Origin: Leptogorgia sarmentosa | Taxonomy: Eukaryota | Direction: 5' to 3' | Length of the DNA stretch: 64,000 bases | NCBI GenBank assembly: GCA_964658305.1 | Contig: OZ210884.1 | Location: forward strand, 6,014,001 to 6,078,000 | Part shown: positions 11,961 through 23,900 of the stretch, one piece after another | How positions within the stretch are numbered: position 1 is the stretch's first letter | Layout of the letters: each line of letters starts with the position of its first letter | Translations under genes and position numbers: made by a program | Notes under the pieces: model-generated | Told to the model about the DNA's origin: nothing | What the model saw: the letters and a program-made list of their open reading frames with translations, nothing else | Database searches by the model: none

Positions 11961-14900
11961 TGGAGGCTAAATGTAGAAAATGCTGATTGATACTTCATTG
12001 CTGCTGTTGTCATTATTATAGATCCACAAATCTTGCCACGAGTCTCGTCACGCATCTGCAAATGCCTTCCCGGGACGTAGAAAATATCCATTGTTTTCAC
12101 CAATGTTTTCCACATATGTATTCCCCACAGTGGTGATAAGTTAGTCTCATCGCAGCATAGAAATGTTATTGTGCCTTCGTAACATACCTGTTCAAAGATA
12201 CAATTACAAATAAACATGGCGAGCAAGTCAATCAAAAAATCCTTAGACCGGGAAAATCAGTTTGGAGAAGTATTTAGCCCTGAAGAGAGCCACATTACGA
12301 CATTTTTCAACCATATTTTCTAGTTTCACTACTTTTGCAAGGTTCTTTTAGGATTTCCGACTTGTCTCGATGAAAAATGAGTCTATAACGTTCATTGTAA
12401 ATTCTTACTAGCATGCAGTGTTTCAATTTTGGTGAACCACGTAAGTTAGTTTAAAAAGGTAATCGTCTTGGGAATAACTTGCTTTTCACTTGGTTAAGAT
12501 TAGGATTTGATATTTACATACATACTGGACAGCCAGAACCCTATGTTACCCCTAACCATAACCCACAACGTCCTGAAGGAGATAGGTTAATATCATGCTA
12601 AATGCAAATGAGTTGAAATCATGCTAAAATTGCAGGATTAAACACATCTATAAAAGCTAAAAACTTAGGGGACGACTTCCAGACCCCCAAACAGTTCACT
12701 TGTATGTACTTAATTCAGTAAGTTAGATGGGTTCAAGGCTGACTAACACCTGGTATAAAACGAGAAAGTATTTTACGTTCTCTATTTTATCATATAAAGA
12801 TAATAAAGAGCGAAAACCTGCTTGGTGTACGCATGTACTATAAACTTTCGTCCCCTTATTTTAGATTTCAAAATGCAAAAGTAAAGTAATTTAACATACC
12901 GTAGAAGGTTGCCATTCAGTATATGCCTTAGCAGCGGATCTAAGCTCATACAAAACACTGTCCACACCTTCTTGCAAAGAAAAGTCTATGTTCGTCTGCG
13001 CAGCTTGATTTTCCAAAGCACTTATAACTTTTTCTCTGTCTCCGAACTTATCGTACATATTATCCAACTCATTTCGTGTCGTACCGAGTGCAACAAAAGC
13101 CATTCTCCCGATATATCGCCTTGTCTGCAAAAAAAATCAGAACGACAAATTGTTTATAATTAGATAATTCTAATGATTCCGGAGGAGGGAAGGCTTGCAT
13201 ACATTAAAATCAGTATGCCCAAAAATTGGTTGCAATATATATGTGATTTGATCCGGGCTTTATTCATGATTCGAATAGTTATTTACCACATGGTTCTCCA
13301 GGGTCTGCATGTTCAGCTGTATGCATTTTGTGATGTATTCACTGCAGTTAGCCAAAGATTTAGCAAACCACGCGTACGCATCTACCATGGACACCATTGC
13401 GACTGCTTCATTTTTTCGCGTTAGTTCACTTGCCATTTCATACGCTACGAATCCACCGAAAGAATACCCCGCTACAATACGAAGTAATCAAAATTATGTC
13501 GGGAGGACTGAGAAATTATTGGAACGAATACGAAACATTTTTTCAAAGATGATCTCGAGATCAATACACATGTCTTCACCATTGATGGAAAATTCATTAT
13601 TAATGTATTTTCGGTATGCTACTGTCTACTATATATATGAAAGTTTTTTGTTTTGGTGTTCAACCCATTAGTTGTGGAAATTTTGTTGCAGATGTTTTGT
13701 TGCTAAAGACTGGTTGCATGCAAACTTTACTATAACATATGAAGAAAATATTTTGGCCTTACCAAGATAATATGGACCACGTGGCTGGATTTTCTGTATC
13801 AGATTTACATATCTTTGAGCGAGTGTCAAAACTGTACCATAATCACTTGTCACCAAAAAGGTATCATCCACCCCAATGCCATACAATGCAACCTTAGTCT
13901 GAAGCAAAATGCGACACAAACGCCTTTACATTTTGGAAATCACAAATGACACGAGGGCTAAGTTGTCTGTTCTTAGGCGAGAAGGCCTCACGTGAATGCG
14001 TCCGAATTATTTTAACGAATATATAATTACCTGTTGTTGAAAACCAAGTGCATATGTTCCCAATACCAGCGCTGACTTCTGGCTGCCATGAACCATAAAC
14101 ACTTTTACAACTGCGTCATCTGGAGCATAGAGGGGGATGACTTTTTCCTTGATCGATTCAATGCCTTGAAGCTCCAAACCATTGTCGTTTTTGGCATTTT
14201 CCACTTCTTTATTGGCATCAGAATTATTTTTGAATTGGTTATCATCTAGCGCAAAGGTTTCCCCTTCACTTTCTAACGTAGAACTTTCCCCTTGCTTTTC
14301 TGACAAGAGGCTACTCTCTTGCATATTATTTTCATTTTCATCGTCGGTATCATCTGTTGCAGTTGTGTTTTCAATTTGTTCAATGATGTCATTAATGATA
14401 GCCAAACCATTCGTCTTTGGTTGAATAAAGTAGTATGTCTATAAATGATGTTAACGTTTACGTGAGAACAATGTACCAATGGCTGTAATGCAATCCCAGT
14501 ACATTGTTTGTAATGCACTGCCATATGAATACCACATAAAAAAGGTATGTTAACCGTTAGCGCGGTGTGTTAGTAGGTACACAGGCGAGTGATTAGTTGT
14601 TTCAGATAACTATTCCGAACAAATTTAAAATACAATAAAAATAATTGTAATATTTGTACTTCAACAGTATCGTGAATTTAATGAATAGATGCTTTTGTCA
14701 TTTGGATCTGCTGCACATATAACTTTAAGAATTCTTTTTTGTTCTTGAGACACTTTTAAAGCAGGATTGAGGAAAGGGACCATATTTAAACATGCTTACT
14801 TCAAATGTAGCACCAATGTTATTCTGTATTTGAAGTTTCATATTCGTTGCGGCAATTGAATCAATTCCATATTTGTGCAATCCAACGTTTAAGTCGAGCT

Positions 14901-17900
14901 CAGCGGCATCAGCTCCTGACCACGAAGACAGCAAACGTTTGACAAACTCCTCAACATAATTCACTCTGAATTCGAGTGGCTGTAGGGCTAGCTCCTTCAA
15001 AGTCATGACTTTGTTATTCTCACCAGTGGACAACATCGTTTCTTCCCGGATAGGCTGCAGTCTTGGAGAAGTATGAGTTTGAAGATAAACTTGCCAATTT
15101 ATTGGAGCTAAGGAAACCTGAGGTTCGTTCGAATGCTCGAGGAGAACGCGAGTCAAAAATTCAATTCCTAAACAAAAAATGAACTAATAATTAATAATTG
15201 AAATAAAAGATGATCTCATATGCAGAAAAGGAAAATTCGGTAAAACAGAGATTCATTCCGTGAAAGACGTCATTAACCTCGTAATATATATATTCTCATT
15301 CTTGACTCGTAGTACAACGTAATGATAAAGCATGGAATAATAAATTACTTTAGCATATTTTTGGATATATTTTTGGTCCGGAGTAATAAAAAGTTAAAAA
15401 GCGACTATTTGTTTATTTGCCTCACATGCCTGTTGTAAAGTGTAGAGAATAGAACCCTCCTGATTCAAGTATTGACGTGATATCTGTGTTTCTTTCAAGC
15501 ACACCAGCACCACTAATTGGTCCCCAGTTGACAGAAAGTCCGGGCAGGCCAAGTTTGTGTAGACGATATTCACAAAGTTGGTCCATGAATGAGTTGGCTG
15601 CAGAGTAGGCGACTTGACCAGCATTGCCAAGAACACCAGATATTGAAGAAAACATAATGAAGAAATCCAAATCCATTGATAGACTGAGTTGATGTAGGAT
15701 AACACTACCTAAAAGGAAAATTTAAAGCAATGAATTTATGAGATAATCTGCAACAATTGTAATGTTAAAAAACTCATTATCTATTGTCCCAAGAGTGTAT
15801 GTAAAAAAGGCAGTGGGGCGTCAGTCCGTTACAGATTTATGAAACTCATGTTGAAATTTGTTCTAAGTCGCTATACGAAAACCACCAAACGTTTAGAATC
15901 ATTTTTTTCCTTTATATAATCATGGGGCTAATCATTTGTAGCCAGTCAGTGGCGTAGGAAGATCGATAATAGGGGGGGGGGGGGCTTATATTCATATATT
16001 GGTGTTCACAGACCATAAAAACAATGGATTTCAACAGAAACCAATGATGCAGCACACGAATATATGAATATCAGCTCCCCCCCTCATTATTTCAATATTC
16101 CTATACGCCACTGAATACATAGAAGTTATACAGAAAGGTTCTGCGTTTGGAATTGAAAATTCACCTTTTACTTTTGTCTGGACAACTTTTTTACATGTTT
16201 CTAAGTCGGCGTTGATGAGCAACTGATCTGCCAGAACCATAGCGGTGAAAACAATTCCAGCCACAGCAGGCAAGCTCTCAAGTTCATCCTTTATTACATT
16301 CATGTCTTTCCACGATGTAACATCTGCTTGTCTCAGTAGAATCTGGGATCCAGTCTCTTGCTCTAAGCGCTGAACCTCGACTTTCTTTTCCTCGCTGGGC
16401 GGTGATCGGGCTGTACATACCACTGTTTTGGCACCATTTTCAACCATCCATTTGGCAACTTCAAAACCAAAACCACGAACACCTCCAATGACAAGATACG
16501 TGCGATCATCTTTCAAACCGTTTGCATCGAGTGGTAAACTGTAGAAAGCCACTTTTTCGGGAGTATTGTCTGGTTTGAATGAAACTGTGGACAAACCGAT
16601 TTCTGCTTTTTCACTTTCTGATGGTTTGTTGTTGTATCCATTGTTCATGACGTCATATATACTCGATACTCTCAGAGGAATGTTCAGCAGTCTTTCCAGA
16701 AGACCTTTTGATTTCAAATGAAAATAACACGAACTGAACAATTTTTCGAAGTTCTCGGAGCCTTCTGTGATGTTTGGCAAGTTGGTCACAACACACCGGA
16801 TGTTTTTGCCCTGAGCAAACGGGTTAAAGTGGAGATTTTTATCTTCATGGAGAATAATTACGCTGCCGTCTGGTTTAAGATGATTAACTATTTGACGGTA
16901 GACATATTCACTGCAGTCGCTCAAGAGGCAAACAGCATCGAATTGCGCTAAATTGGCAGCATTTACTTCTGCTCTTGCTATTTCCTCCACAGTTACGACA
17001 AGTAGGTCATACATTTTCCTCAGTCGCTCTTTACTGGCCCGATCGTTAGTGAGACAGACGATTTTTACATCCAAAGACAATGCGACACATGCAAAAAGGG
17101 ATGATATTTCTTCTCTTTCATGATAGATGAGGACATTCTTTTCTGGCGCATCTTCAACGAGATTCGTGAGAATATAATAGGACATTTGCAAAGGAAAGCC
17201 AAGAACAACTGCCTGTTGAGGATTGGTGTTAGCTTCTAAATTTGTTATGGAAGATTTTTCTTCATCAACGTAACTTCCCAAGTCATCCGTTTTACAAACG
17301 CCGAGTACGAAACGATTTTCTGGTTCATTCTGACTGTCCAAAAACTTTCCTACAAAGGTGATGCGATCATTCTTTTTGAGGTCACACCAGGGTTTCTGGA
17401 GAACTGGGCAAGCGAAGTGGACGTCAATTTTCGTTCTTCCGTTTATTTGTTTTTTGGATGTTTTCTGCAGGAAAAGCTGGTCTGACATGCTTGTCACCTT
17501 AAAAGGCCTTTGTGCTCCTTCTTTTGTCAGAGGAGACTCTTCTTTCGTAATTATTTGTTTTTCACCCGAAGTCAACTTGTTGAATCGATTTACATATCGT
17601 AAGCCATCTCTATAGACAATTTCTTCTTCCATTGTCCCTTTTCGTACGTCTTCTTCCAAATATCGAAAATCATCGTCGCTGGGATTGTAAGGTAAATCCA
17701 CCACAGAAGCGTTAATTGCTGTGATTTCCTCCGAGAAAGTTCTCCTGAATCCAAGCACAGAAGCAGACCATGGAAAAGCATCTAAATTATCCGTGTTGGG
17801 ATAGCGGTTGGGTTGAGGAATGGTAACAACTCCTGAGGTGACAAAGATTAGTTGGATATTTTCTGCCTCTCTTTTCGCAATTTCTTGCGAAATTAAAAGA

Positions 17901-20900
17901 CAACTTTCAAATGCAAGGGCATGAGTTGCATCAAAGTTTTGGGCTCCAATATCAAAGGTGCTGCCATCTACTGGCCAGAAATTCATCACCAGTAACTTTT
18001 CTTCGTTTTCAATTCTTGCCAGGGCAACATCGAGTGCTTCAGAAAATGTTTCACGTGTGTTTCTTGACGAATCTTCTCTATCAACAAAAATCACATTCTC
18101 ATGAGCAGCAATACACTGTGAGAAACGTTCAGCATACTTGCTTTGATCCCTGAGAATCAGCCAAAATATATCATCCTGACCCGATGTTGCAATTTCAGAC
18201 GTTAATTGTTGCCAACCAAAAGAAAACGATGTGTTCTCAAAGAACGTTCTGGTCTTCTCTGATGAGATATCCTCCATTCGGAGTTCTTTTATGATGACTA
18301 CTGGTCTAGCATAACGGTCCATCAGGGTAATATTGTAGCTTGATGTTTTCTGTGATTTTATCATCTTTGTGTGAGCGTAAAACTTTTCCGTGGCTATAGG
18401 CTTTTGCAGGAGAGTGACTTGTGCAATCTTCTGTGGCACAGATGAACCAGCCGAATCGTCAAGCAAGATAATTGTTTGGAAACATGCATCGATCAACGAG
18501 GGATGAATAAAATAAGCTGATGCTTCTTTGGTCATCTCTTCAGTTGGGCATATCTGAGCGAGAGCTTCTGTGTCATTGGACCAACCTTCGGTTATCAAAT
18601 TAAACTGGGGACCGAAATCGAAAATAGATTCTTCGCGTTTCTCTCCTACATGCTTTTCTGACCATTTACTCATTGCAGATTTTAAAATTTCAAAATGCTC
18701 TTCATTTTCTTCTTGGATTGCTTCTACACAAAAATTCAAACAAACGTAAAATCGAGTTTGTCTTTCGTTTTGATGCAATGACATATTAATAATAAATAAT
18801 CTGCAGAAACACCAGCTCTAAAATTTTAACCTTATGTTTGATTTGATTTTTATATATGGGGGTTTTTAACTATCTTTTTCATTCTTGTTATTACATAATA
18901 TTATTATATGCCAAGTATTCGTTTTGGCGAATGGCGCGATCTGATTGGCTGGTATTGCCCACGGGCAATACGCAATTTTCATTTCCCTGTCAGGAAAACA
19001 ATCACAAAATTTAAGATTTGACGAAATTTTATTTGTTAAATTAGACTGAAAAGTGTTAAAATGAGAGACCAGGAGCATTCTGGAAGCGAGTTTTATTAGG
19101 CTATCCAGAGGCTGAAAATAAAGGATACGTAACTGTTTTTTGTCAGTTATCGTTTTTATCGAAGAACATTATGAGAATTTGGTATATTCGTGCATGTTGT
19201 CTGAGCTCAATTCGAAACGCACATACAGAAAATCTTAGTCTTAATAATTACCCCACCACAAATTGTGAATGAGCTACAGCTTTTCTTGCATTTTTGATTG
19301 TTCGATATTGGTTAGCCAAAGAGTAATTATTTGCGATGATCACTTTTTGGAAATAGTGGAAATATAATAATTTCGAACAGCTAATTTCTATTCTTACAAG
19401 GTGGGTCAAAACTTGTCATTGACCCTTACGTATGTTGTGTTTTAATAACACGGTCTAAAACAACAAATGATAATAGAAACTAGCATGAGACCTGTCTTGA
19501 AACAATTTGTGTTGCCATACCTTGCTTTCCATAGCGATGACTATTATTCAAGTTTACACAGCCTTCGGAGAGGATCACTTCCTGTCCATTGTCTTGAACA
19601 ATGGTAATTTGAAACATTTTCTCTTCACCAGGGTATTCTGCCGGCAAAAGACGTGTTCTAATTTTGTGGGACTCGTTACTAGATAGAGTTAACACATTGG
19701 TAAAGGCGATATTGTGCGCATTTGGAGCAGTGTTAGGAAATAAATCCAATAACATTGCCAATATTATCTCCACGTATACAGCTGCAGGAACCACAGGATC
19801 AGGAATTGTGGTAATTTTGTGATCATGTATGTATAAATGATCGTTCAAATTGATTTCACCCTCCCAAGCACGTATACCAGAGGACGTTTCGGTCGGAACA
19901 GTTTTTCCAAGAAGAGGATGAAAAGGGACAATACGCTCATTTTCTTCTAACCCAGATTCATTCAAAAACGTGACAAATTGAGACGGCTGCTCATCACGGT
20001 ACCAAAACTCTGTTTCTTGCCATGGGTATGTTGGACGTGGGAAGAATGTTTTTGTTCCCAAACTTTGCACTTTGTTCCAGGATATGGGCACACCATGGGC
20101 ATAGAGATGAGCAACACAGTTTTGAAGAAAAGACAAGTGCTGATGACTTGCTGTGCGTTTCGGAATAGTTTGAATCACAAAAACCTCATTCGTACGCAAG
20201 GACTTTGCTGTTTGACTGCGGAACCACGTCTGGCGAACATGGTATGAAAGTTGAGGGGCAGCGTTGATTTCAATGAAAAAATGGTAGCCATCAGCAAACA
20301 TGGTTTTTAAGGCATTCTCAAACAGAACAGGTTGTCGGATATTTTGCCACCAATGGTCCAAGGAGAGAAGCTGACCAGACAACTGGGTGCCTGTTACTGT
20401 TGAGTAAAATGGTATATTACTTGGTGTTTGCCGTACGCGGAATTCACTGGTGGTTTTGTCGAACGATTCTTTGATTTCTTCCATCTCTTGGCTATGATAG
20501 GCTCGTATTGTGGAAAGTTTTTTCCAGAAAACATCACTTCGCGCACTTTTCACGTGGTTTTCAACGAGTTCCATTGACGCTTTAGAACCAGATAAGACGA
20601 TGTTTCCTGGACTATTCATCACTGCAATATCAACTTCATTCTCTACCTGAAGTTCTTTCAACATTTTTTCAGCATCTGCTTTTGAAAGACCAATGGCAGC
20701 CATACAACCTGTCGGTGAACACTTCTCGTGAAGTTGCGATCGAAATAAAACCAATTGCAACGCTTTATGTAAACGCAATGCTCCAGAAGCCCAAGCAGCC
20801 GATATTTCTCCAAGACTATGGCCAACAACAGCTGATGGTGTGACACCCCACGATTCCAGTAATTCAGTTAAGGCGAAATGTACAGCAAACAACGCCGTCT

Positions 20901-23900
20901 GCCCGATAGGATTTTCGTTTAGGCGGGACGTTTCTTCCGGCTTTTGAAGCTCATTTAGTAAGGACCACGAAGCTTTGTACCGTTTCAGGAGGTCATCAAT
21001 CTTTTCAATACTTTCCTTGAACTTTGGCTCATGAACTAACAATTCCTTTGCCATTCCAAACCATTGAGCTCCTTGACCACCATACAAAAAGACGACTTTA
21101 TTACGGGATGCAGTTACGTGACCAGTAGTTACTGAGTCTTCAAACCCTTCATCCTGACTACTAAAGTTTTCCAAAGCATTTGCTGCCTCTCCAAAAGAAG
21201 AAAAACTGAAAGCTAAACGATATTGATGTTGAGTGTATCTCTCATTCAGGGAATAGCAAATGTTGTCCTTGAGAAGTTCGTCATCATCTGGTTTCGTCCT
21301 GAAAGACTGCGATACTTTCATGGCCAGGGCTTTTAAAGCATCTTTTGAAGTAGCGGACAATGTCATAACTCTGTTAGATATTGGTCTAGTAGGAAATACT
21401 GAAACAGGTTTCCTGGTAACTTCTCGGACGATAAGGTGAGCATTAGAACCACCAAAGCCGTAGGATGAGACGGCAGCTGCTCTGCCAGTCCCAGCATTGC
21501 AATTCCACGGCTCATTACTAGTTTGAACCATCATTCTTCTCTCAGTCATTTTAAGCTGAGGCTTAACTTCATGGACGTTGATTGTCGGAACATATTGAGC
21601 ATGTTTTATCATAAGACACGTTTTTATCAAGCCAGCTAAACCTGCAGTTGATTCGGTGTGGTTTACATTGGATTTCACGGATCCAACACGAAGTATTCGG
21701 CTGCTACTATGCCCGTAAACTGCAGCCAATGATCCCATTTCAACGACGTCACCAATAGCTGTACCGGTGCCATGCGCTTCAACGTACTGTATTTCATCCT
21801 TCGACAAACCAGATTCTCGAAGAACTCTTTCGAACAAGACGGCTTGTGTAACTTCGCTAGGAGCTGTTATTGGAATTGCTGTTTGTCCATCGTTATTCAC
21901 ACCACAAGCTAAAACCTCCGCATAAATATCATCTCGGTCATCCAGAGCTGTTTGGGTTGGTTTAATCAATACAGCAGCAACACCTTCGCCTCGACCATAT
22001 CCATCCCCTGTTATATCAAAACTCTTGCAACGACCATCTTGGGCCAACAGTCCTGCCCTACAAGAGGCCATATGAAATGCTTCACCTGTGAGCAGAATAT
22101 TTGGTGCGCATACAATTGCCACGTCACATTCACCGGTTTGTAGGTGTCCAAAGGCAACGTCGAAAGCCACCAAGGATGACGAACATGCTGTATCCAATGT
22201 TAAACTGGGACCAGTTAGATTAAATGAGAAAGAAATCCGGTTGGCAACAACAGACATGGCACATCCAGTTGGAGAAAATTGATCGATTGTTCGAATGTTA
22301 GACGGATGCAAAACAAGTGAACCATATTCTAAGTTCATTAATCCAACATAAACGCCCGTTCGACAAGTTTGCAAATCTTCAAGGCGCATTCCTGCATCTT
22401 CGATTGCTTCGTAAACAACTTGAAGAAGTAACCTTTGTTGTGGATCCATTGAGCGTGATTCGGCGGGGGTTATTCCAAAAAACTGATTATCAAATCCAAG
22501 AATATTTTCTAGAAATGCTCCAGTGTAGACATAGTGTTTTCCAGGCGTTTTCGTTCCTGAGTTGAAAGAATCCAGAAATTTATTTGAGTCTGGTCTATTT
22601 TTGGGATAAGACCCAATACCACATCGTCCTTCCACCAGCATATTCCAAAATTCATCTTTGGAGTTCGTCCCTCCTGGAAAGCGACAACCAATGCCAACTA
22701 TAGCAGCAGGAATGGGAGTTTTAGATTTCACGACATCCTTTGATAAATTTGCGTGGGCATTATCGTAGAATTTTCGCTTTCTTACACGTTCAAACCACTT
22801 GATTATGAATGAATCGAAGTTCACTTTTCGAAAGTCGAACAGTTTTCCCAGAAGTGTCAGGTACACGGGTAGTATCACTAAGCCATGCAGCAGACCAAGA
22901 ACCACAATGCCAACAAACATCTTGAAGAATGTTACAAACACAGTAGAGGAAGCAAATCCTGTAGGCATCATTCCAAGGAAAGTACTCAGACCCCCGAGAA
23001 AAACACTGCCCCCAATTTTGCCAAGTGAGTCAATAACACGATTCTCTGCAGAGGTCTCCTTCGACGAAACAAAATGATAGGCCACATGTGCGTTGTAATC
23101 CACGGAAAATCCTAGAGCCATAACAAGATTTATCATAGAAATTGAGTTAAGAGAGACATTCCATATGTACATTAGTCCAAGAAGTTCAAGAATAAGAGCT
23201 AAAAACCCCCACAAAAGACAAATTATTATCATAAAATGATTCAGGAACAGGGATGATATCAGAAGAATTGAGATTCCAGCAACGACCAAATTCCTCACAG
23301 TTTCATTAAGGACATTAGCAAATTGTTCAAAGTAGATGAAAGGTAGGGTAATGGCAAATGCATTGACATCCGTGGCACGTGAGAGATCCTGTCTTATGCT
23401 CAGCATCATATCTCTTTGAAAACTTGAAGCAGGGTTACTCTTGGAGAACAACAACATTCTTGAAGCTGTCAAATGCGTTTTGTTTTTTGAAAATTTCAAA
23501 TCTTCGGCAAACCTTATATATTGTGGCAAAGAAATAAAATGTGGCAAGGTATTGTAGAAAGTAGTGGTTTCATTTATGTCAATATTCTGTTTGTTTGCCC
23601 ATGACCTGTATTCTGACATCCAAGAAATACTTTCGGAAAGAAAATGCGCATTACGTTCAGCGATATTTTGAACTTCTGAATACATTTTTTGAATGTCTTG
23701 ACTGGATTGGCTCGCCTGTCCGGGGAAGATAACATCAACTGGAATAGTGAGATGAAATTTTTCTTCAAAAACGTTCAGGTATTCCCGGTAGTGTGATTTT
23801 TCAGTTGTTAGTAACTGTCTGCTAAAACTTTCATCAATATTGAGAGCGCCATAAATACCACCAGACAATAGCAGCAAAGAACCCAGACAGACGATAATTT

